A DNA stretch of 64,000 nucleotides. It comes from Okamejei kenojei (taxonomy: Eukaryota). The position numbers were made by a program, and so were the translations under genes. The notes under the pieces are model-generated. The model saw nothing but the letters and a program-made list of their open reading frames with translations, made no database searches and was not told the DNA's origin. Shown one piece after another: positions 1 through 11,134 of this stretch (positions are counted from its first letter, which is position 1; each line of letters opens with the position of its first letter). Location: assembly GCA_035221665.1 (NCBI GenBank), contig CM069131.1, forward strand, positions 8,060,001-8,124,000. Direction: 5' to 3'.

Positions 1-805
1 CTGTGTCTCGGACATGGTGGTGAGCAACACAGGGGCCCCACAGGGGAGAGTCCTCTCTCCCTTCCTGTTTACCATCTAGAACTTGGAGTTCAGATATAAC
101 TCGGGCTCCTGACACCTGCAGAAGTTTTCAGATGACTCTGCCATTGTGGGCTGCATCAGTGAGGGGAGGGAAGCTGAATACAGAGGTGTAGTCAACGACT
201 TTGTTGAGTGGTGTGGGCTGAATCACCTGCAGCTCAACACCGGCAAGACTAAGGAGTTGGTGGTGGACTTTAGGAGAGGAACGCCCCTGTCCCCTGTCTC
301 CATCAATGGTGTGGATGTGCAGTTTACCAAGGAATACAAATACCCTGGAGTGTACCTGGACAGTAAACTGGACTGGTCCAGGAATGCTGAGGTCCTGTAC
401 AAGAAGGGACAGAGCCGGCTGTACTTTTTGAGAAGGCTCCGCTCCTTCAATGTCTGCAGTAAGATGCTGCAGATGTTCTGCCAGTCGGTGGTAGCCAGTG
501 GCATCTTCTTCACTGCCGTGTGCCGGGGCAGCGGGGTGAAGGCTGCGGACGCCAACAGGATCAACAAACTCATCAGGAAGGCTGGCTCCGTCCTGGGGGT
601 TGGTCTTGGAGGGGAGGATGCTCCTCAAACTGCGGAGCATCTTGGACTAACACAGCTCACCCCCTCCATGCCACACTGGTTGAGGAGCACCTTCAGCAAC
701 AGACTGGCTCCACCAAGATGCAGCACAGAACGCCACAGGAGATCCTTCTTCCCTGTGGCTATCAAACTGTACAACTCCTCCCCCATCTGTCGCGTGGTAG
801 ACTGA
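1..805 (+). mobile_element. Rex1/Babar LINE, decayed 3' part (RT C-terminus)
   Basis: Frame reads TGAPQGRVLSPFLFTI*...HLQKFSDDSAIVG...KTKELVVDFRR...KKGQSRLYFLRRLRSF...RRSFFPVAIKLYN, typical Rex1 RT motifs, with in-frame stops near 77 and 110. Confidence 0.9.
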
Positions 806-1002
806 CAAGCTTCAAAGACTATGGAGCAATAATATGGAGCTATGCTGGAAATGAACAACACCACAGACTCATGGGAATGGTGGACGAAGGAACTGCAGGT
901 GCTGGTTTACACCAAAGAGACACAAAAATGCTGGAGTAACTCAGCAGGACAGGCAACATCTCTGGAGAGAAGGAATGGGTGGTGTTTCGAGTTGGTCGGT
1001 CA

Positions 1003-1230
1003 GTTCATAAGGTCATATGGTTCATAAGTGATAGGTGAAGAATTAGGCCATTCAGCCCATCTAGTCTACTCTGCCATTCAATCATGGCTGATCTATCTCT
1101 CCCTCCCAACCCCATTCTCCTGCCTTCTCCCCACAACCCGACACACGTACTAATCAAGAATCTATCCATCTCTGCCTTAAAAATGTACATTGACTTGGCC
1201 TCCACAGCCTTCTGTTGCAATGAATTCCAG
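1003..1230 (-). mobile_element. CR1/HER1 LINE 3' tail fragment
   Basis: Minus-strand LWNSLQQKAVEAKSMYIFKAEMDRFL followed by the 3' UTR shared with other CR1 copies in the window. Confidence 0.8.
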
Positions 1231-1550
1231 AGTTTAAAATGTATAACCCCTAAAAATGGATATGGGAATTGCATTGCATAGTTCTCCCGCTCATTCACCA
1301 CACGCCAAGCAGCTTGAGAAATTGGTGCTGCCAGTTTTCCGTAACTGCTGCCTGTAGGCTGAACACTGGCCTTATCCATCAGCAGAGGCAGAGAATTCAT
1401 GCGTTGCCTTGTGCTACATTACAGCCATCTGAAACTTTTAAAGTGGATGATCACAGCGGCAGCAAGAAACATGTGGGAGGTTTGTTAGAAGAAGGAACTG
1501 CACATGCTGGCGTAAAGCGAAGATAGACACAAAACGCTGGAGTAACTCAG
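1003..1550 (+). repeat. Local duplication, copy A (CR1 tail + ~255-bp unique core + Penelope tail start)
   Basis: Colinear direct match to ~8497-9045. Confidence 0.85.
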
Positions 1551-1655
1551 CGGGACAGGCAGCATCTCTGGAGAGAAGGAATGGGTGACATTTCGGGTCG
1601 GTCAGTCCGAAGATGGGTCTCGACCCGAAACGTCACCCATGCCTTCCTACAGAGA
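1490..1655. mobile_element. Penelope-like terminal fragment, fold-back, with a degenerate hammerhead core
   Basis: Minus copy joined to a plus copy; CCGAAGATGGGTCTCGACCCGAAACGTC at 1607-1634. Confidence 0.75.
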
Positions 1656-1924
1656 TTCTACCACTGGTGGAAGGCAGTGGCGTGATGGTGGGTCGAGATA
1701 GACCAGGCTTGGATCAAGAAGTGTGCTGGAGGGAAATGCAGATGCTGGTTTACACCAAAGTTAGATACAAAATATTGGAGCAACTCAGCGGGACAGACAG
1801 CATCTTTGTAGAGGAGGAATGGGTGATGTTTTGGGTCGGGTCTGAAGAGTCTACACTCAGGCAAACATTGACAGGTTTAAAAACAATGTTATTGCAGACA
1901 AGGTTTTCAATCAAGGTGTTTTAT

Positions 1925-2103
1925 CATTAATGTTTTATTATTATTAATGTTTAGTGTTTTCTGAGTCATTCGTAACTCATTCGTAACCGAGTCATTCGTA
2001 AGTCATTCGTAACTGTATGTCATGTTGTTACTTGTGGGCGGAGCACCAAGGCAAATTCCTTGTATGTGAATACTTGGCCAATAAACCTACTTACTTGCTT
2101 ACT
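1925..2103 (+). mobile_element. Rex1-subfamily 3' UTR with (TTAC)n tail
   Basis: Reverse complement of 30300-30460, which is attached to Rex1 C-terminal coding sequence; internal GTCATTCGTAA repeats. Confidence 0.7.
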
Positions 2104-2211
2104 TAAATGCCGTTTATGAAGGATTAAATAGGAGCCTGCAGTTGGCTCTGATGGTGCGTCTCTCGACAGGATTCCCAAAATGGATCTCATCCAGTTAACC
2201 AGAATGTAATC

Positions 2212-2700
2212 TTTTTTTTTATATCAAAAAGTTTATACAATTATTAAAAATAATATTTAAAATAATATGAAACAAAACAGAACCCACCACCATAATAAAA
2301 GACAGACAAATTTACTAAATAGACCGAAGAATGGTTTCAGCCCAAAACGTTGCCTATTTCCTTCGCTCCATGGATGCTGCTGCGCCCACTGAGTTTCTCC
2401 AGCACTTTTGCCTTACTAAATTGACTACTATATAACCATGTTACAATCCTTGTCAAGGATGCATTCAACCCCCCCAGATATCCCCCAGGGCGCCCGTGGG
2501 CAGCGCGTAGTCCCTCTCTGATGCCACCCTGACGTGGGGGCAAACCCCGGAAGAGGGGGCAGGCAGCTGGCTCGGGCAGAAGAGTGTAATCTTCTTGGGT
2601 TCGATGTGGCAAAATGACAGCTCGTGTCTTCACAGTTGCCTTCCGTGCAGCAGCGAGCAAATCTTTCCAGCCTGTGTTCGCACATAAGGGCTGTACACAC
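2212..2700 (-). mobile_element. Tx1-like (L1 clade) LINE 3' end, interrupted by a Penelope tail (~2325-2410)
   Basis: Minus-strand poly-A at 2212-2220; frameshifted C-terminus CPLFRG...GVECILDKDCNMVI* resembles Tx1 ORF2 ends. Confidence 0.5.
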
Positions 2701-3461
2701 GTTCGGCATTTGTAAACTGGGGACAACCCGTATGTCCTGCAGAGGTTATAAAAGTGCTTCGTAAAGAATTGTAGCACTAATATAAAAGCGTGGGGAGAGG
2801 CATAAGCACCACAATGCAAGTTATATTCCCTTGCAATTCACTCCTAAACTGACACTCAGCACCACATCGAAGACAGACGCAAAATGCTGGAGTAACTCAG
2901 CGGGACAGGCAGCATCTTCGGCGAGAAGGACTGGGTGCCTGAAGTAGGGTCCAGACCAGAAACGTCACCCATTCATTCCATTTCATTCCAAGAGCTGCTA
3001 AGAACAAGTTCCTTTGCGATTACCATGAAAAGGTGCCAGACATGTTTTTTTCAGATTCACTGACTGAAGTTGGAACCAAAACCAGACTTCATCAGCATGA
3101 ACAAAAGCCATACGAAGAATTGAAAGAATTTGGAGCCCGTTAAAATTGCCAAACATCCTGGACTGCATCGTACATTTTACAACTGAAGCGAAGGCACAGG
3201 CATGCTAAATGCATCTGCAGCATGCATCAAACAGACACTAAAAGCTGGAATAACTCAGCGGGAAAGACAGCAACTTTGGAGAGAAGGAATGAGTGACGTT
3301 TCTGCAGTTCCTTCCCACAGTGTGCATCACCTCTACATTCAGAAAGGCCGGTCCAATTCAAATAACTTTCCTATATCACTCAAAGTTAACCATATTCAGT
3401 ATTTTTGAAACATCACACAATCAATACCGTACAATTTATAAGACAAATATAAAGAGGATTT

Positions 3462-3830
3462 AGACAATGCTCAATAGTGCAGGAGGAGGTCATTCGGCCC
3501 TTTGAGCCAGCACCGCCATTCAATGTGATCATGGCTGATTATCCCCAATCAGTACCCCATTCCTGCCTTCTCCCCATATCCCCTGACTCCGCTATCTTTA
3601 AGAGCCCTATCAAGCTCTCTCTTGAAAGTATCCAGAGAACCCGCCTCCACCGCCCTCTGAGGCAGAGAATTCCACAGACTCACAACTCTCTGTGTGAAAA
3701 AGTATTTCCTCGTCTCCGTTCTAAATGCCTTACCCCTTATTCTTAAACTGTGGCCCCTGGTTCTGGACTCCCCCAACATCGGGAACATGTTTCCTGCCTC
3801 TAGCCTGTCCAAACCCTAAATAATCTTATA
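3462..3830 (-). mobile_element. CR1/HER1 LINE 3' fragment
   Basis: ORF 3549-3812 SRTRGHSLRIRG...FFTQRVVSLWNSLPQRAVEAGSLDTFKRELD is the CR1 C-terminus; 3' UTR follows. Confidence 0.9.
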
Positions 3831-3985
3831 TAACTTATATTTATTTTTTGATTACCACACGATCAAAATTCCACAATCTCCAGGAGTTGATCCACTTTCC
3901 AAAAGACCAGGGAACACAAAATAAAAGTGAATATTTCACATAACTGACTGTGAAAAAAATTGACTAAGTATTGCTGTGGTAGCAG

Positions 3986-5016
3986 TAGGTATGTTACAAT
4001 ACTTACCTTCAGCGGCATTGCAGTTCTGCCACTGGCCGTGTGAGCGACTTTGGCGCCTTTGAGGGGGGAGGGGGAGATTAAAATGCCGTTTTCTCCTGCC
4101 TGTCCGAGATATTTTTTCTCGGGCTGCTAGCTGATGCTGAAAAATCGTTCCGACTTCCGTTCTCGGAAGTTTGAAAAAAAAATCACGGGGCAATTTAATC
4201 GCTGGAGTAAAATAAAAACGCGACTTCTAACGCCGTCAACGGGACGATTCTCACGTAGGGGACAAAACATAAGGTAAGTCGTTTATTTTACATATAAACT
4301 TGCTTCTTAGGATGACTTTAATCAACATTTCCTTGTCGAAAATGTGATTAAGGCCCCACACGAACCGGCAGTGTTTTTCCTGCCGATATAGGGTTCAAAT
4401 TCACTGCAGCCGCAATATTCCAATCGATCGCGTTCCACAAAAACCCACTCGCAAGATGATTTAAATGCCCATTAATTTACGGGAATTAAACATTAAATTC
4501 CTTCCACATGGCCTATAAATTCACGACAATGAGATTTTAAAATGTTAGATTGTGAATTCTTGTGTGATTGTTATTTGGACACTTAGGCTATTTAAAAATG
4601 TTAATCTTTTCTTAAGAAATGGATAGATGTTTAGATCTAGTCATTGAATTTTGTAATTAGCTACAATTAGGTAACTAAATAATTATATGCTTTAATTTCA
4701 GGTCATCCAAGTAAGATTGTTTCATATTTATTTCAGAATGCTTCAATCTATAATAACTGAACATTTCTTTCAGTTCTCTTAACTTTTAAGAAGTTATGGG
4801 CTTTTGACTGTCCTCGATCACAGTTTTTGTGTTAAGTCAATGGAAAAGCAATAGGGAACAAGATGCTAATTTCCGAGTATGAAAATGGCCATAACCTTTT
4901 TAATACGGAAGATATGAAAGTGAATTAGGTGTGATATTAACTTCTTTTTATGCTTTATCTGGTGGGATAAATTGCAGACTTGATTTTTTAAATCTCAAAA
5001 TTTTGGAACATTGCTA
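3986..5016. mobile_element. Non-autonomous DNA transposon with imperfect 14-bp TIRs and a 7-bp TSD
   Basis: TAGGTATGTTACAA...TTGGAACATTGCTA (11/14 match); GTAGCAG duplicated at 3979-3985 and 5017-5023. Confidence 0.7.
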
Positions 5017-5167
5017 GTAGCAGTAGAAGATCTAGGGGGTTCAGGGATTAACCGAGGGTAGGTAAGCAGGTGATTCAAGTGGCCTGAATTGTGCATCCGC
5101 TGTTCGGTCTGTTAACAACGGAAAGCAGAGACAACTTTGGGAAGATTCAGTAAAGTCCCCAGGGTCG

Positions 5168-5350
5168 GAAGGAGCTGCGGATGCTGGTTTACACCGAAGA
5201 TTGACACAAAATGCTGGAGTAACTCAGCCGGACAGGCAGCATCTCCGGAGAGAAGGAATGGGTGACGTTTCGGGTCCGAAACGTCACCTATTCCTTCTCT
5301 CCAGAGATGCTGCCCGTCCTGCTGAGTTACTCCAGCATTTTGTGTCTACT
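5168..5350. mobile_element. Penelope-like terminal fold-back
   Basis: Near-perfect inverted repeat centred on GACGTTTCGGGTCCGAAACGTC. Confidence 0.8.
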
Positions 5351-5696
5351 TTCTTAACGTGGGACTGGGTATAACCTTGCTGGAAAAGTAAACCGTTTAA
5401 AAAATATTGTTTTGCATAATTGACAAGACATTTGTTATTCTAGCATGTATTGTTGATGTACGATTAGTCTCGCTGCAGCAGATATGTTGAAGCACATGAA
5501 AGATATCAACAGCAATGTCATGCCTGCAAAATCCTCTAAATTAATTGGCAGGATAAATGAACAACATAATCAAAATGAGCATCCTATCCCTGGCCAATGT
5601 TCCCACCAGCGGGACTCTTATTAAACTCAGTTGACATCTATGCGCAGTTCCAATCAATTACATGCCTGACCCTAGACTTTAAATAAACCCCACAGG

Positions 5697-6204
5697 TAGG
5701 GTTGCCAACTGTCCCGTATTAGCCGGGACATCCCGTATATTGGGCAAACTTGGTTTGTCCCTTACGGGACCGCCCTCGTCCCGTAGTTGCTACTACTCGG
5801 GTCGAGGGGACTGTCGGGTCGGAGCGCCGCGTCCGGGCCCCGCCTCACCCGTCCCGACGTAGTGCAGCCCATGGAGTGCAGCAGCAGCAGCAGCAGCGCC
5901 TCGCCCGTGGCCCCGTCGGTCGGCAGCCCGGCCAGCTGCCCAGGCATTCGGACTTTCGCTTACCGCCGAAACCACCACCCCTCCCTCTCATGGCCGATCA
6001 TCGGTTCACGAGTTGGATGGGGCGCCGGACATTGAGCGCGACGTCGCACTGGCCAAAACTCCTCAGCTGGCCCGCCGGCTGGGCTTTGTGTGCAGTCCAG
6101 CACCCGGGCCAACTCATCATTCACCCAGCCACGGCCGAGTCAGTCAACAAATTGCCGTCGGGAATTTGATCCTTATTTGGGATTGAGAAAGTTGGCAAAC
6201 CCTA
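5697..6204 (+). mobile_element. hAT MITE, copy 1
   Basis: TIRs TAGGGTTGCCAAC / GTTGGCAAACCCTA; 8-bp TSD CCCACAGG/CCCACAGC; internal (CAG)n; homologous to 33354-33823 and 49561-50095. Confidence 0.9.
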
Positions 6205-7293
6205 CCCACAGCATTACAAGGCCTGTCAAGGGAATAGATTACCTGTTCAACAGAGGGTACAATTCAATGATGAGCTTCCTTATAAACAGAAATGCAACAT
6301 CTCTACTCAAATTACAGGAGGGGCATTTGAGATGGCATTAAGAAATTCAAAGTCCATGAATCAGAGGTACCCAGGTGCCCAGCGTAAACAACCAAAGGCG
6401 TGCACTACCTCACAAATGACCCACCCTTTCACGCACTTGCTCTCAGTGAAGAGTCCGCAAGTCCCGGGTCAGCTTCCTCAGCTGCTTCACAGACTTCAGC
6501 ATGGTTGAAGGCAGGTTATCCCGGAGGAGGGAGTCGGAACGAGGGCCAGTATGTGGAGCGGCGAGCGGGAGGCAGTGCAGGGCCTCGACGGGAGAAGAGG
6601 GCCACTGGAGGCCCACGAAGCAGCCTAGGTGCTCGGCCTAGTGGCCCAGCGAGCCGCAGCCCTATCCCAACCGCAGGCTTGGCTCACCCAGGGAGGGAAG
6701 GCCCGCCAAGCCCGACCCCTGCTCACCCCGTGGATCCGGAATTGGAGAGCAGGGCAGAGGGAGACAGCGGACGCTGGAACAAGGGCCCGATGAGAGGAAA
6801 CAGGTGGGGGGGTCTTTTACCCTCTACCTCGAGGCCCCTCCCCCCGCAGTGGGAACAAAGGGCTGAAGAGGACCCGGTGTGGAGAGCGACGTGGGATCAC
6901 ATGAAGACCGGAATGTAGGTGACGGCTCCAACGGGCTTTGTGGCCAACTACAGCTTAGACTGTAGAATCACGCTAAAATGGTGCCTATAGACTCAGTGGG
7001 CTCTTCTGTGCATACTGTACTGAGCAGGGTGATTGTCTTGCCGAGCTGTTTGCAAAAATATGATTTCACTGCCAGCAAGATCACATGCCCTGTTGATCTA
7101 TTGTGGCGGTAGGTGAATTAGCAGTAAGTCCAGATCCTTTCTATTAGTAGGCACCATATAGTACAGTGTAATATGCACCATAACCAATCTCTCAATGCAC
7201 TTATTACCTCAGGTATTAGTGGCACCAATTAGAAGTAATTGAGGCATGTTACCTTCATCTTCTCGGGCATTGATGGGAACCTTGGACCTCAGC

Positions 7294-7487
7294 CTTCTTC
7301 TTTCATGTCCATCTTGCTAGAAATGTTGACAACATCGTTGTCATCGTCCGTCCTGAAAAGGACGCAAGCATCCGGCGACAATCAATGGGAGCCACCGCTT
7401 GTCGCAATAGATGATGGCGGTAGCAGAATTTGCTCGGGATACTTCCAGTTTCCAGCCCCGCGACGTGGACGCTTCTGCTATGGGGCC
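7294..7487 (-). mobile_element. Short ribozyme-headed retroposon-like insert with (GAA)n tail
   Basis: 5' HDV-like fold, three downstream hairpins, 3' ...CATGAAAGAAGAAG; imperfect TSD GACCTCAG (7285-7292) / GAGCCTCAG (7489-7497). Confidence 0.65.
7421..7487 (-). ncRNA. HDV-like (CPEB3-like) self-cleaving ribozyme, predicted
   Basis: GGCCCC A TAGCAGAA GCG TCCACGT CGC GGGGCT GG AAACTGGAAGTATCCCGAG CAAA TTCTGCTA gives P1 (6 bp, G.U at the cleavage site), P2 (8 bp), P3 (3 bp), P1.1 CC/GG, a bulged P4 and the catalytic C at 7432. Confidence 0.85.
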
Positions 7488-8496
7488 TGAGCCTCAGTAA
7501 CAAGAGGTCAGCAAAAGATGTCAGCAAAAACTCCAGCCAGTTGGCCTGCACATGTTTTAAGAATGAGGCCAGGCCATGTCACTCACCAAGAGTTCACCCT
7601 TATGAACATTGGCCTCAGTGTCTGAAATGACAATGCTGTTGAGGGTTACGAAGTCTGAGTAGGTACGTCGATGTTTTTCCCTTTCGCACTTTGGTTTCTT
7701 TTGCATTAGTATTGTGTTTATTAACATTACATTTTTTGATTATCATATTTATCCATGTATATTGTGTTTCTGGGCCTTTCATGTTGCAACAAGGAAGAAT
7801 TCATTGCTCCATTGTCAATAAACATGACAAACGCTCTTGACTCTTGAAGTTATAAAAACAGTCTGATTTCTTTAAACTTGTTGGTCCTACCTGCCTGGGT
7901 CAGGTCTGCTTTCCGTCCCCAGAGTCAGAACGGAACATGGAGAAGCAGCGTTTAGTTTTTATGCGCCACATATATGGAACAAACCTCCAGAAAAATGAAA
8001 GGTCCGCTCCAACTCTCAGTTCTTTTAATTTGGGGCTGAAGACTTTTCTGTTTGACACTGAATGAAATTAAAGATCAAGTTGGCTTGGTTATATCAAATA
8101 CTATTTCAAATAAAAAGGTCTTGTCTTTCAATACAACTTCAAAAGAGCCAAAGTCATTCCTCTGTGACCCTGTTCAAATTTCAAAGATTCAGTTCCAGCT
8201 TGATGATCAACATGATTAATAGCTACACCTACAAAAGAGACAGAGACATTGACGGAATCAAGGTCTCCTTGTGCCCCTCGGTCAATCAGTATTGAACTAG
8301 GACATTACATTTCCAATTGACCATCTGTGCCAGCACTTTGTTTAAAGGGCTCTGTTTACTATTTTGCATAAAACCACCAGGAAAGCAGAGAAAGAGTGAA
8401 GCTGGATCAGGTAAACTTTACTTTAAAGTAATGTGTGGAGAAAAATACCTGGTAATTTTTACCTGATGCATCAAATATAATGTAGTTGGAGGACTG

Positions 8497-9045
8497 AGTT
8501 CACAAGGTCATAAGGTCGTAGGTGATAGGAGCAGAATTAGGCTATTTGGCCCATCAAGTCTACTCCGCCATTCAATCATGGCTGATCTATCTCTCCCCCC
8601 AACCCCATTCTCCTGCCTTCTCCCCATAACCCCTGACACCCGTACTAATCAAGAATCTGTCTATCTCTGCCTTAAAAATATACATTGATTACCTCCACAG
8701 CCTTCTTTGGCAATGAATTCCAGAGTTTAAAATGTATAACCCCTAAAAATGGACATGGGAATTGCATTGCATAGTTCGGCCGCTCATTCACCACACGCCA
8801 AGCAGCTTGAGAAATTGGTGCTGCCAGATTTGCGTAACTGCTGCCTGTAGGCTGAACACTGGCCTTATCCATCAGCAGAGGCGGAGAATTCATGCGTTGC
8901 CTTGTGCTACATTACAGCCATCTGAAACTTTTAAAGTGGATGATCACAGCGGCAGCAAGAAACATGGGGAGGTTTGTGCGAAGAAGGAAATGCAGATGCG
9001 AGTTTAAACCAAAGATAGACACAAAAATGCTGGAGTAACTCAGCG
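8497..9045 (+). repeat. Local duplication, copy B
   Basis: Colinear direct match to ~1003-1550. Confidence 0.85.
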
Positions 9046-9398
9046 TTTTTGGGCCCAAAACGTCACCCATTCCTTCTATCCAGACATGCTGCCTGTCCCG
9101 CCGAGTTACTCCAGCGTTTTGTGTCGATCTGAAGATTGTAAGAAAATGACTCAGTTGCAATATCTTGAGCAATAACTGAACGGGGCAGCGAGTGAGAGCA
9201 AAGATTTTCCGATGACGTTTGGAGCAAGAGGTAGAGAAGATGTAGGACATCGAGTAGCGGAAGAGTGGCTCGAGCCACTCCCTGGTAGGTGCACAGATGA
9301 TAAAGGTGTGTGGGCTCTAAGAACATAGGTGCAGTGCAGTAAGAATAGAACAACCCCACACAAATTATCAAGGTGAGCAAATCAATTTTCAAATGCTA

Positions 9399-10427
9399 CT
9401 AGACTAAGTGGGACCCATTGTGTCCCAGTTGGAGGCTTGGTCCGTCAACGCAATATTCCACCACTCACCCAGAGCCCCCAACCGCACAGGCACACCTCAG
9501 TTCCCCACATCCCTGGCACTCTCCATCCCCTTCTCTTCACTCTCCCTCTTCTTTCCCCTCTCCTCCTCCCCTACCCCTCACCTCTCCCTCCCTCTCCTTT
9601 CCCCTACCCTTAGTCACTCCCTCCCTCCCTCCCTCCCTCCCTCCATAACTCCTCTCCCCTCCCTACTCCCCTCTATGCCCTCCTCTCCCCCACTCTCCCT
9701 CCCCAGCATCTCCAGGTTGCCGCTTCTCTCCCTTCTTGCGTGCGCCGGAGGAGCATCAGCCTTCAGCGCGGATCCTCGGCTCAGCCCGGAAGCACCAGCA
9801 GCACCGGCCGCACCAGCGAGTGGACGGGGGGGGGGGTGGAGAGCTCGGAGAAAAGACGGGGGGAGAGGGGCTATCATGGGGGAGGGGGGCAGGAGCCAGC
9901 GAGGGGGATCAGAGGGGAAGGGGCTGGAGCCGAGTGGCGTTGCGATGGCGGTGCATTTGGGACTCACAGCAGGCGCTGGACGCTCTCCTCCGCTGGAATC
10001 AGATTCTCCGCTTTCCGTTTGGCGACATCTCCGACTCCGGGCCGGGTCGCTTCCGGCCCCTCTGAAAATTGTGTCCAGTTGGAGACCTCCACCGGCCACC
10101 CGCAGCGTCCCTCAGCTCCAGTAAAGATGCGATGGCGCAGGAAGGGGCGGACCGACCCGGGGAGTGACAGTAGAAGAGACCAATCCGAGCGCCGCTGACT
10201 GCCAGGGGAGGAGATCAATCTGTGCACGCGCAGTTTTTCCGATTTTTAAACCTCGCTAACTTTTACATTATACCACCGATCGGAACGAAACTTGTTGCAC
10301 TCGCAGCACAGGAGAACAGTGAGTAAGCTGGCGAAAAATCGTAGCGCTATCACGTACCGTTTTTGCGCAAATAGAAAAACCTCGCAAACTGGAAGAGCAC
10401 AAGATCAGAGTTTTAGTTATGTGTAGA
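9399..10427 (-). mobile_element. Non-autonomous Helitron
   Basis: On the minus strand it starts TC after an A and ends with a GGGAC..GTCCC hairpin + CTAG before a T; no TSD; termini shared with 12116-13247. Confidence 0.8.
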
Positions 10428-11134
10428 TTTCGCATCATCTATGCTGCTAGCCTCATGTGTGAACACCATTTTTGACCATTAAATGGCAACATTTAAGCCC
10501 AACAAGAGCCCCCCTCCACAGATCTCTAGGGGATTAATATTCAAAATTCCAGAGGGACTTTTGCTGTCTCAAGAACCAAGAGTGGCCTTTTCCCACAAAT
10601 AACAATGGTTTGGACCATTTTACTCATTAGTTGGTAGTATATCTTTAGATGTTTGTGGATTTAGATCTGATTTACCAGCCTGAATTAGATTCCCTGCATG
10701 CACTGATGGACACCAATAACTCATATTGAAAAGTACCCACAGAGAGTTTTCTATAATCAATCAAATAAAACAGCAAAGGCTCAAAATACTCTGCAGACTG
10801 ATCGATATACCCCGAAGAGCAAGCAGGTTTATTATGTGTGGCTGGTTGACAACTTTGGTGCTGGGCTCAATACCGAGTTAAGTATTTCTTTCAAAAAGTA
10901 CATCATTTTATCTGCAGCCTACTGTTTGTGTATTTACAGGTACAAATGTTCAGGCTGACAACAGACACATCCCTGCAATGCTTGGAGCAAGAACATTTGG
11001 GATTTGACATAAAGTGGAGACAAAAGGATGCTGGAATCTCGGGTGAAATGCTGGAAGAACTCAGCGGGTCAAACAGCATCTGTGGAGGGAAATTGCCAGA
11101 CAATGTTTTTTGTCGGATTATCCCTCTTCAGACT

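Noticed and set aside
146-805. 219-aa ORF as a host gene
   Set aside because: It is Rex1 RT sequence with upstream in-frame stops and a deletion.
6400-6918. GC-rich 172-aa ORF
   Set aside because: Low-complexity composition, and it is followed by a LINE-like 3' tail; probably an unclassified repeat.
7421-7487. Calling this locus the CPEB3 gene
   Set aside because: No CPEB-like coding sequence is visible in the window, and the tail and TSD suggest a dispersed element.
7303-7551. ORFs overlapping the ribozyme insert, and a possible exon at ~7253-7353
   Set aside because: No recognisable protein and all frames of the putative exon stop; RNA structure explains the region better.
9408-10198. 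Long Pro/Ser/Gly-rich ORFs
   Set aside because: They arise from low-complexity Helitron interior that is open in several frames.
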